Of a stretch of DNA of 32,000 nt, positions 8,652 through 19,279 are shown piece by piece; position 1 is the stretch's first letter, and each line of letters opens with the position of its first letter. The stretch covers positions 660,001-692,000 of the forward strand of contig CP042461.1 of the NCBI GenBank assembly GCA_004563595.2, in the 5' to 3' direction. Source of the DNA: Candidatus Saccharimonadota bacterium. Lineage in GTDB: Bacteria; Patescibacteriota; Gracilibacteria; BD1-5; UBA6164. Both the position numbers and the translations under genes were made by a program. The notes under the pieces were generated by a model that was given only the letters and a program-made list of their open reading frames with translations, was not told the DNA's origin and ran no database searches.

Positions 8652-11039
8652 TTATTTAGATGTAAGGTAAATATTTGTGTTAGTATCCAATATATTGGCT
8701 ATCATAAATGCTCACTCTCATCTGGTTACTTTTAGATTAGGTCTGAAATAATTCTCTCAGAACTTATCTTTCCACGTAGTATTACTTAATACATAGCTGG
8801 CTTTTTTGTTATTTAAACTATCTAAATCTTTATATTTCTTGGTAATTACTTTATTATTATTTAATACAAGATATTTATAATTCAGATCTAAAAAATCTTG
8901 TCTTGTAATAGATCTAAATCTACTTGCGCTTAATTTCTCTGCTTTTAAATCACTTAGTTTTTTATTAATAATGTTTACTGTAGATCAAGAAACTGAACTA
9001 TCTTTTATTTTAATTAAACTATTTTCGATCCAATTCAGCGCATCGACTTCCACAAGTTCCCTGCTTTCTAGAAAATATCATTTATTAATTCAATCTACAA
9101 TTCAATTTTCTAACATTTTCACTACGTCATTTTTATAAGCGTAATTACTTTTTAATCATTTAGGATTCGTTACGCTGAGCGTTTTTGAGCTCATATTTTT
9201 ATTTCCATAATCATTAATAATAGTAATTTTCGCATCTTTAGAGATGGCTTTATAATCAAATATAAGTAATCCTCATACTGTATCAGTATAATCAAAATCT
9301 ATTGTATCAGTATAATCTGAATCATTACAAGATTTTTTATATATCTGTCTAATATTTTTTAATGATCATCTTTTTATACAAACTTCTACTCAATCAGTGG
9401 TTTTAAGTTTGAAACTAGATCAATATTTAAGATTTATTAATTTTCTTCAATTTTTATCTTTAAAAAGTGCTATACCAGTTTTTTTATCTCAAAGGACAAT
9501 ATTTCTACTTGAATATATTTTTGCGGTATTAGGATACACAACATTTCATGCTGCATAAACTTGTAAAGGTATAGATTTGACAGTTGATTGTCATATTTTT
9601 ATAAAAAGAGTAGTATTTCATGTTTTTAACCCTGAAAGTTTTATATCTCTTTTTCAATCAGTAAAATTATATAGCTTCTGTGGAAAGACGCTTACTTTTG
9701 TAGTATCAACTATAAATGTCATACCAGCAGGCATATTTCACTTAAATGGTCTTCACCTTTTATCAGTAACTTTTAATTTAACGGTTGTGGTTTTTCATGA
9801 CTCTATATTTCATCATATATTATTGAGCTTAAATTCAATATTATATTTTCTTATAAATTCTTTTGCTTCTTTTTCTTCAATTTCTTCTCTTGTCATTAAG
9901 TTCGCTTTTGATATTTTCTCAGTTTTTATACTACTCGTAGCTATAGTTGATGATATTTTTGTTTTTCAACCACTCGCTAAGAAGTTTGTATAATCATTTT
10001 TAACTTGTTTTCTCGTTTTAGGTCAAAACCAACCAGCTCATAAATCAGTTTTATTTTTTATAATATTATTAGAAATCTGGTATGCTATCATACTTTTTTC
10101 TATATCTTTATAATCTCAATTTATAGATCAGTTATATTCTCATAGATCTCTAAAGATTTGTTGAACTTCTTTAATATCTGAACTAGAATATCAGATATAT
10201 ACTGTTTTCGTAAATATTGATAAATCTACAGTTGAGTTATTAGTAGGAGTCTGAGTTGATGATTGAGAACTTGTTTTTACTATTTTTATACTATCTAATA
10301 TTCATCCATTTGTTTCTAAAAATAACAGAGGATCGATAGTGTTTACTTGTAATTCATCAAAACAAACTCATGTCTCAGTTATTTTATAATAACTATAAGG
10401 ACATTTAGAATAAGCATAATAATATGGGTGAAAAGGGGTATCTAAATCAATTTGAAAATGGAGATGATTTCATGTAGAATTTCATGTAGATCATACTTCT
10501 CATACTTTCATTCAGACACTGATCTTTTGTCCTTTTCTCACATTAATCTTTGACATATGTGAGTAATTTGAAACAATTACTTTTCCTTTTATTGTATGTT
10601 TCACTGATACAGTGTTTCATAATCATACTGTATTTTTTGCTAGTATTACTTCTCAGTTTGCAATACTATAAATTGGTGTTCATTTAGAAGTGGCAATATC
10701 AGTTCAGATATGACCTCCATTTCATACATCCCATCAATATTTATAACTTGCTCCCCATAATTCTGTATAAATTCTTGTATATTGATTATAACCACCATCT
10801 TCATTGGCATATTTTTTATAATCTTTTGTTTTTAAAACTGGTAAATTTTGTTTACAATCTGAAGTTAATTCAGAAAATTCTTTAAACCTACATTCTAATT
10901 TCGATATTTCCTTTAATGGATATATAATTTTGTCATTGCTCGCAGCAAGTGTAGTCGGTATCGGTATAATATTTGTTACAATAAAAATTCCGAGTAATCC
11001 TGTTTGACAAAACTTTGTTAAACTTTTTTTCATTTTCAT
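8652..11039 (-). CDS. Secreted M23 (LytM-type) metallopeptidase with peptidoglycan-binding-like and SLH-like repeats, 795 aa
   Basis: 796-codon frame extending track fragment 10734-11039. Signal peptide. M23 motifs GHIGTDIA and HLHFQI. PG-binding-like DIKEVQQIFRDLGEYNGSINGDY...GWFGPKTR. C-terminal SLH-like repeats ending FGENYFRPNLKVTRGEGAFMIANIL. TAA 8652-8654. Confidence 0.85.
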
Positions 11040-11326
11040 AATAACTTTATTTTTAAAATAATTTTTCTTTAAAGTAAGTTTCTATATAATGTCTTATATA
11101 TTGTTTTAGTTCTGTAGCATGAACTAAAAACATTCAACTTGACTAATTTAATTTCGTATACTTAAATTATTTTAGTAATATTATTATCCCACAAGATTAC
11201 ATACTTGTCAATTAATTGAATTGTTTTTTAATATAGTTTTTATTATATATTTATAACTTGCTTATTTTAAGCGATATATCATAGATAAATACTCTATTTT
11301 ACTTTTATAATAATTAATGTATAAAT

Positions 11327-12085
11327 ATGAATATATTTGAAATAAACGTACTATGATTCACTATAGCACCAAGTTACTATGGTTTAATGTATGCTTTAAG
11401 TTTTATAATATGATATCTGATTATTAGAAGAAGGTGATATGTGAAAAGTATTCTCCTTGATGACCTGCTCTTCTATATATTCTTATGAGTTATATTATGA
11501 TGAAGAATGTGATATGTTCTTTTTTATAACTTCAGTCATTATTTAAGCAACCTCTGAGACATACTAAAAATTTGGGAATGATGAATGAGTTTTCATGGAT
11601 GAGTGATAGGAGTAGTTATAGCAATGTATATCTTTTCAAAAAAGAAAAAGCTTAATTTTTACTTATTATCAGACGAGGTTACTGCCGTTTTACCAATATG
11701 ACTGTGACTTTGAAGGTTATGAAACTACCTCAATAAAGAGCTCTTATGATATAGTCCATATAATTGATTTCTAGCCATAGAGAAAAATGGGACCTCATAC
11801 TTCCCTTCACCTTTACTTGAATCTTTATTAGAATGATTATTTCTATATATTATATTGTTGTATTTTTATAAAAAAAGACAATTTGGATGACAGATAGCTT
11901 CATTATTTTTAATAGTTTACTGAATATTTAGGTTATTGGTCGAAATTTTCTTTAGAGAACCAGATAGTCATATCTGATATATATATAATTATTTTACTGT
12001 GTGAGAAATATTAACTCTCCCAATGATTATGCTTTGATTATGACTTTATATATATTTAAGAAAGAAAAATAATGTTCCATTATAA
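11327..12085 (+). CDS. lgt: Prolipoprotein diacylglyceryl transferase, 252 aa
   Basis: 253-codon frame with 24 in-frame TGA. Lgt motifs LGGRMGYVLFYN, IWEGGMSFHGGVIG and GLGLGRLGNYLNKELLG. Confidence 0.9.
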
Positions 12086-12653
12086 TAAATGACCTCTCGT
12101 AATGAGTGTATCAAATATACTTATATGAGTATCATTTATATGTACTCTTTGAGCATCAATATTCCCTGTTTTATATTTGTTTTGATTCAATGATATATTT
12201 CTAACTCGTTGAGATTATCATATATATATTATACAGTTTTTTACGTCGACCTTCTTACATGCATGATTTTTCCATTTTATTGCAAATGCTCTGTTTTTAT
12301 ATATTTTTTGAAATGTAGTGGAACTTTTGATATGAAAGAAAAAATATATAGGATTTTTTATATTTGCTATCTTTTTTATATGAAGTTGACTTACTTTTAT
12401 AAATGCAGGAAATACCGTATGAATTAGTTGATTTTGTATGGCTCTATTAAGTTATTATACACTTGAGCTTAAATCGCAAAACAATGTTGACTATAAGTGA
12501 TGAATCACAGCAATAATACTTAATATAGCTATTTGACTCCATCCTTGAATTAGTCTTTTTTGACATTTATTTTGAGTTATTGGATGAATACTATTCTATA
12601 TCTTTAATAAAACATTCTTTAAAAATATTCTTCTTTGAATTAAAAATTCTTAA
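12072..12653 (+). CDS. Rhomboid family intramembrane serine protease, 193 aa
   Basis: Invisible in the standard-code track because it has 20 in-frame TGA. Motifs FLHAGFFHFIANALFLYIFGNVVELLIG, GISGFCMALL (GxSG, catalytic Ser) and GHLFGVIGGILF (catalytic His). ATG 12072 overlaps lgt by 14 nt, and ATG 12102 is an alternative start. TAA 12651-12653. Confidence 0.8.
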
Positions 12654-12821
12654 TATAAGTATACATTAAATGGCTTATTTAAGTAGATCGTGATCAATAT
12701 TATAAAAAGTAATTTTAAAAGCTTGCTTTTGTTTTCTATTTCCTTATAATATGAGACTACATAGTGTAATTAAATAGGTTTTTCTTTCAGGTTTGTATAT
12801 TATTTAGCTAAATAATGAGAT

Positions 12822-13091
12822 ATGAAAACAAATATATTTATTAGTACAATAATTGTATTCCTCATAGGTATTTCTTCTGTTCATGCATCAGAAATAGATA
12901 TTCAGGATTCATTTGTAGAAACAGATTTATTGTCTGATATTTTTGAGACCTTTTGATGAGAAAGTATTGAGAATATTGAACTCATGGAAGAATTTTTAAG
13001 TGAGTATGAAACTATTGAGTATTATCAACTAGAAAATACTGCTGAATTTAAAGAATTAGATAACTTCATACAAAACTCAATATTCAAATAA
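12822..13091 (+). CDS. Small secreted acidic protein, 89 aa
   Basis: Signal peptide MKTNIFISTIIVFLIGISSVHA followed by a D/E-rich mature part. 2 in-frame TGA. A TTGCTT (12723-12728) / TATAAT (12745-12750) promoter-like pair lies upstream. No family recognised. Confidence 0.55.
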
Positions 13092-13127
13092 AAAAAATAC
13101 TGAAAATTAATTTTCAGTATTTTTTTT
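13092..13127. terminator. Bidirectional terminator between the small secreted ORF and the pilin-like gene
   Basis: Palindrome ATACTGAAAATT/AATTTTCAGTAT flanked by an A-run and a T-run. Confidence 0.7.
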
Positions 13128-13129
13128 AT

Positions 13130-14413
13130 TTATCTAATTGCAACCATACAATAGTTATTTATATCAAAATCTTGATTATAATATGTAGTATATAGTGCTG
13201 CTCATAGAGCACTTGAACTATTATATACTCTCATACTTCTTGATTTATAAGATCTAAAAATATACTTAAAATCTCAGGTTGATGCTTCAATTAATTCAAC
13301 TGATCATGATCAAGTCGAACTTCAATATGTATTTGTAAGGTAGTATTTATCCCCATTCCACTTTGCTTCTAATGAAGTTGATGAAAATGTAGAACTTTCT
13401 TTATTAGATTTTGTTAAGTGTGATATATCTGATTTTTTGAATCAATAAATAAATGTTGGTATTTCATAACTTTTAAAATATTCATTTGTTGTTGAACATT
13501 TAAGCATAAGATCCTTGTTTTCATTATCTTTCCATATATCTGATATATTTCATTTTGTTCAAATGTTATTTTTGATACTTGTAATTTTAGCTCAACTTCA
13601 TGTTTCAAATAAATTTTCAGTAGTAATATCAGTTGACATTGCTACATAAGTCCAGCCTCCACCATCAGAGGTCATATCACAATATACATCAAATCAAGTT
13701 CAGTTCCCTTCTGGATCAATTGTGTATATTCCATCATCACTTGATCACTTAATATCTTTTATTCTCTTACATGTTGAAGTTGGATTACTTCATATTAAAA
13801 CTACTCCTGATCAAGTAACTTTTTCCGTATTATCAATATATGCAGTGTATGTATCAGTAGTTGACGTGATATCTAAATTCCCTGCTGATTGTATAGTTGA
13901 AACTTCTTGAATTGGGGTATTGTCTGAGTCTACGAGAATACCTAGCTTTTTTCAATACGTATATGGATACCTATCTGTATAATCAGTGGCAGCAAAAGTA
14001 GTATTTACACTTGCTGTTAAGGCTTTGTTTTTTTCAAGAAGAGTAAGGAGTTGAAAATGCTTTTTATTTATAGATACATAATATGAATAATATACTTTAT
14101 CTTTGGGATCTTTTCCATCTTGAGTATATTCAATTGCCTCCAAAACTGTTTCTCAAGCATATCATTGATATCAAATAACTACTCCATTCGCTTGGACTTT
14201 CACATAATCATCGGGTAAAGGAAGTGATCTAGATGTTTTGTAAAGCTCTAATCAATCATGTATACCTGCGAGTTGAGATACTCTTGCAGTATCTCTAATT
14301 CAAGATAGGTATGATATATATGAAGCAAGTCAAATAGTTGATAGTATAAGTAATATCATCACTACAACTATTAATTCTACAAGTGTAAAAGCACTTTTTT
14401 GGATATCTTTCAT
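13130..14413 (-). CDS. Type IV pilin/pseudopilin-like protein with a fibrinogen-like (YCDxxxxGGGW) C-terminal domain, 427 aa
   Basis: 428-codon frame open with TGA=Gly. Track fragment 13952-14143 is in frame, while track ORF 13414-13608 is the wrong frame. N-terminus KSAFTLVELIVVVMILLILSTIG. C-terminal part has CKRIKD...GIYTIDPEGNGTGFDVYCDMTSDGGGWTYV. Confidence 0.8.
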
Positions 14414-14497
14414 CGGTATAAATAAATGTTATAATTATATATGTGTAGTATATTATAACTCTTTGAGAAAAAACAAATTAATTTCCATTGACGAATA

Positions 14498-14541
14498 AGA
14501 GATTATATATCTTGTAGAAGATATATAATCTCTGTTTTTTT
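14498..14541 (+). terminator. Orphan terminator-like hairpin in a divergent intergenic region
   Basis: 16-bp stem AGAGATTATATATCTT / AAGATATATAATCTCT, loop GTAG, then a T7 run on the + strand. No upstream + strand gene. Lies 59 nt before the LCP gene ATG. Confidence 0.45.
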
Positions 14542-14599
14542 ATTGAAAAAAAACATTTTTTCTATACAGTATAGATCATCTTAATTAATATAATATCAT

Positions 14600-16036
14600 A
14601 TGGGATTTAAAAAAAATAAAATTAAAAAAACTTCAGGAATCTACTCAAATTTTGTGTGACTTCTCTCACTTCTTATTATCTTTGTTATTTGATTATATGT
14701 GATACAGAATATCAATATACTCAATTTTGATTCTATTGATAATAATCAGATAATACAAAAGACAAATGACAACGATGATGATACTGAATCTATTTGAATT
14801 CAAACAGAGGAAAAATCAACAGATACAAAAAAGAATGATTGAAATAAAATTAATATACTCATAGTATGAAGAGGTGGCTGAAATCATGATGCTCCAGATT
14901 TAACAGACACTATCATTCTATGAAGTATAGATATGAAAAAAGAGGTCATAACTTTATTTTCACTACCAAGAGATCTTTATGTCAATTATGATAAAATCAC
15001 AAGTGGTAAGATTAATGGTATATATGCAAAGTATTCCTCAGAAAAAACATCAAAAACATACGGAATGACACAACTTGAAAAAAAGGTAACTCAAATCACA
15101 TGAGAAGAAATTGATTTTTTTGTAAATATTGACTTCCAAGGTTTTACAAAAATTATTGATTCTATTTGATGAATCCCAATTACTGTATCTAATAATTTTG
15201 TAGATAATCAATACCCTGATGGAAAATGAGGGTATAGAACTCTTGTATTTAAGAAATGAACATGGCTATTTGACTGAGATAGTGCATTAAAGTATGCAAG
15301 GAGTAGGCATTCTACAAGCGATTTTGATAGAAGTTTAAGGCAACAACAAGTTATTAAAGCATTTAAAGATAAAATGACTACATGATATTTCTTGAAATCA
15401 CCTAAAAAGATAAAAGAGTTTTATGATGTTTTTACAAAATATGTAACAACAGATGTGGACTTTGAAAATATTATAAAATTCTCTTATACTTTGAAAAAGG
15501 TAAAGGAGTTTAAAATATTATCTCACAGTCTCAATGATTCATGCTTTTATTGAAGTTCTACATGTGATAAATGATGATTCTTATATGTCCCGAATAGAGA
15601 ATATTTTTCTTGAATGTCGATACTTCTTATAGAATGAACTGATAAGAATAACTTAAGTAAGTATGAGCAATTACATAGCTATACTCAGATGATTTTTAAT
15701 GATCAAGAGCTCTTTTTAGAAAATCATAAAGTAAATATATTTAATTCACTAAAAGTAAATCATTTAGCTTGATCATTAAGTAATAATGTGAAAAGGTTCG
15801 GTTTTAATATACCAGAAAAATGATCTATATGAAATACAAAAAAGATATACGAAAAATCAGTTATTTTATATAATAAAGATATTAAAGACTCTGTAACTTT
15901 GAAAAAAATGCGTGGATTCTTCAGTTGAGAATTTCAACAAGTAGATAAACCCCTTTATTCCTCAGATATAGATACAAAAATTGAAATAATTATATGAGAA
16001 GATTATTTAAATAAAGATAATACCTTTCATTTCTAA
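14600..16036 (+). CDS. LytR-CpsA-Psr (LCP) family cell-envelope glycopolymer transferase, 478 aa
   Basis: 479-codon frame open with TGA=Gly. TM anchor. LCP core ILIVGRGGGNHDAPDLTDTIILGSIDMKKEVITLFSLPRDLYV...FFVNIDFQGFTKIIDSIGGI...ALKYARSRHSTSDFDRSLRQQQV. C-terminal LytR_C-like domain. Confidence 0.85.
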
Positions 16037-16067
16037 TAGAGACATATTTATACAATAAATTAAAAGA

Positions 16068-19000
16068 ATGTTTAAAAAGAAAAGTTTACAAAAAAGAAAG
16101 TTAAAAACCACCTACACAAAGAAAAAAACTCCAGCTAAAAAGAAAAAAACAGCATGAAGTATTTTGAAGTTTATTACTTATACAGTTATATTTTTTGTTA
16201 CTATATCTTTTATACTTTGACTCGTTCTCTATAAAAAGTATATAGTAAACCTTCCTTCTATTTCAGAGCTAGAAAACTTAGAAATTGCAGAATCATCTAC
16301 AATATATGATAAAAATGGAATTGAACTCTATAAAATATTTAAGGAAAAAAGAACCTATATTCCTTTTGATGAAATTAATTCCAATATGATTAATGCTCTT
16401 GTTGCAGGAGAAGATAAAAGATATTGGGATAACCCATGATTTGATGTTATCTGATTAATAAGAGCTGTTATAAATAAAGTGATATGAAAGAATGTTAAAG
16501 TAGAATGAACTTCAACGATTACACAACAACTTATCAGAAATACAATTATCAAAAATGAGAAAACAATTGAAAGAAAAATTAAAGAAATATATCTTGCATA
16601 CAAACTAACAAACTGAGTATCAAAAGAGAAAATTATTGAGCTATATCTCAATAAAATATCATTTTGAAGTAACGCTTTTTGAATAGAGCAAGCATCTCAA
16701 ACTTTTTTTGCAAAAAAAGCAAAAGAATTAAATATTTATGAATCGTCAATATTAGCATCCCTCCCAAAATGACCTACTTTTTATTCTCCATATAATCATC
16801 CGGATAGAATAGTATGATACCCCTATATATTTACTGAAGATGATACGGATAATATAATTCAAATATTATCTTCAAAAGACGCACTTATCCATCAAGAAAT
16901 GCTCCAAAATTTTATATCATTTATCAATAATATAAAGGCAACAAAATTATCTTGAACCGATAAGATTCTTTTATGTGGATTAAATAACGAATATTTCAAA
17001 AATAATTTATTAATAGATAATGATGGCTGTAGTGTGATGGCTCATTCGAAATTGCTTAATTTTTTAAATGCTATTCAAATTAAAGTAGATAGTAACTTTA
17101 TAGAATATCAGACATGAAGAAAAGATTTTATATTAGGAAGAATGTTAGAAGATGAATATATAGACTTTTCTCAATACAAAGAAGCAATTATTGAATGAAT
17201 TTGATATAAATTTAATATCTATAGTGAAAATATTAAAGCTCCACACTTTGTTTTCTACGTAAAGGAATATTTAGAGAATCTATACGGAAAAGATGTAGTG
17301 AGTATGTGAGGGTTAAAAATTTTTACTACTCTAGATTATGAGTTACAAGAAAAAGCTGAAGAAATTGTAAAAAAACATGCTGAATTAAATGAAAAAAGAT
17401 ATGATGCATCAAGTGCAGCTCTTGTTTCACTTGATAATAAAACCTGAGATATAATCACGATGGTTTGATGAAAAGATTATTTTGATGCAGATAATAAATG
17501 AAATGTTAATATTATTACATCTAAATTACAGCCTGGATCAACTTTTAAGCCATTTGTATATTCAATTGGTATGTATAAAGAAGAAATATGATCCAAAACT
17601 CCAATTTATGATGTAGAAACTCAGTTTCCATGATATAAGCCATCAAATTTTGATGGAAAATTTATGTGAAAAATGAATCTATCAACGGCATTAAATAATA
17701 GTAGGAATATTCCAGCTATAAAAATGTTTTATATGGCAGGGTGAGAGAGATCAATAGTAAGCTTCATGAAAACTCTATGAGTTGATTCATTAAAAAATCA
17801 CTGAAATTACTGAGCTCCACTCGCTTTATGAACAGGAGAGATGACTCCACTAGAGCTTGCTTCAGCTTACTCAGTCTTCGCAAATATGTGAATCAAAAAG
17901 GAAATTAATCCGATACTAAAGATTGTTGATTCAAAAGGAAACATAGTAACAGAAAGAAAAGAAGCTCAATGAGAGGAGGTTATTTCCTCAAGTCAGTCAT
18001 ATATAATGAATAATATGTTAAGTGATACAAGTACTCGTCCAGAATTTTGGAATAATTATTTGAGTCTTAGATGAAGGAAGGTGGCAGCGAAAACATGAAC
18101 TTCAACAAAACAATATACTAAATATGGGAGGAAGACTATATCTCCTAGAAATCTATGGACTATTTGATACACCCCGCAATACACAACTGTTGTTTGGGCT
18201 TGAAATCCCGATGGAACTGAATTGAATTTTAAATGAAATGGTCTAGAATGAGCTTGAGTTATATGGAAAGAATTCATGGAACTTGCGCACAAATGAAAAA
18301 AAGTTGAAAATTGGAGACGTCCTGCATGAGTAAAAGAAATAAGTATCTCAGAAATATCTTGACTTCTCCCTAGTCTTGAAAATTCAAGCTCAAGTTTTAC
18401 TACAAAGTCCCTATTTTTAAATACTCCTACAGAGTATGATAATAGCTTTAGGTCTATACAAGTAGATGCTCTATGTAATTGACTTGTCACAGATGCTACT
18501 CCTGTTGCAGCATTAAAAAATGTTACATTAGCCCAGTTTCATTCTCTTTCCCCTTCTAATGCAAGCTGGGAAAACCCAGTGCAAGATTGGGTTAATTCTG
18601 ATAAGGCAAGAGAGTTATATGGAAATATTCCAAATCTCATTACCTCCATCAGTGATCAAACATGTAAAAGAGAAGAAAGAGAATCAAGTATTATTATAAA
18701 ATCTACTACAAATAACTGAGATTGATTCGTCGCATGAGAAAACTTTATAGAACTTGCTTATAAGAGTAATCACCCTATCATAAAAATAGATATTTTAATT
18801 GGAGGGAGTCTTGTAGATGAAATTAAATTAAGAAATAAAAAAACAGGAACTTATTCAGGTAAATTTCATATCCCCTCAAGTTTTGTAGATAAAAAAACCA
18901 CTCTTACTATCCGTGCAGTTGATAATCAATTTTATTCTAATACTGAAGAAAAAAATATTGTTATTCTTAAAAAAGATATAGAAGCACCAAATATAAAAAT

Positions 19001-19268
19001 AACAAACCCTTCAGATTTAAAAATCAAGCTCTATAATGACAGCTTCTTTAATCTCAGATGAAAAGTAACTGATAAAACATCAATTAGGACTATAAATATT
19101 TATATAGATTGAGTCGTAGAAAAGATTTGAATAACTGATAGAAATTTTGTATATCCAATAACATGATCAAAACTATCGATTGGTACGCATATAATTAAAA
19201 TTGATGCCATTGATAATTATTTTAATAAGTGAACAAAAGAGATACAATTAGAAGTTTTAGAAAAATAA
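16068..19268 (+). CDS. Class A penicillin-binding protein (glycosyltransferase/transpeptidase) with long C-terminal extension, 1066 aa
   Basis: 1067-codon frame. GT51 motifs EDKRYWDNPGFD, GTSTITQQLIRN and RKIKEIYLAYKL. Transpeptidase motifs STFKPF, SRN and KTGTS (the G is TGA 18096-18098). C-terminal extension of about 300 aa. Confidence 0.92.
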
Positions 19269-19279
19269 TTCAAGAAAAT

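Noticed and set aside
9278-9317. 15-nt direct repeat TGTATCAGTATAATC occurring twice, 24 nt apart.
   Set aside because: It lies inside the M23 peptidase coding frame and simply encodes a repeated DYTDT peptide. It is not a CRISPR-like or regulatory repeat.
9577-9993. Track ORFs antisense to real genes: 1688-1927, 7584-7823, 9577-9993, 13722-13910, 16355-16651, 18056-18490, 20395-20646, 22570-22785, 23288-23482, 23644-23832, 23753-23959, 28246-28485, 29758-30234 and 30306-30590.
   Set aside because: Each lies opposite a long code-25 frame with strong family motifs. Their F/L/S/I/C-rich composition mirrors the K/E/N-rich coding strand, and none has a recognisable motif.
12209-12427. Track ORF of 72 aa (Cys/Tyr/Phe-rich) in the lgt-downstream region. 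At first I also treated 12086-12821 as a long non-coding gap or a decayed pseudogene.
   Set aside because: Its composition is typical of an off-frame translation of T-rich sequence. A different frame is open for 194 codons under TGA=Gly and carries all the rhomboid protease motifs, so the track ORF is the wrong frame of a real gene.
13414-13608. Track ORF of 64 aa on the minus strand inside the pilin-like gene region.
   Set aside because: It is out of frame with the 428-codon code-25 frame, which runs uninterrupted from ATG 14411-14413 to TAA 13130-13132. It has no recognisable features.
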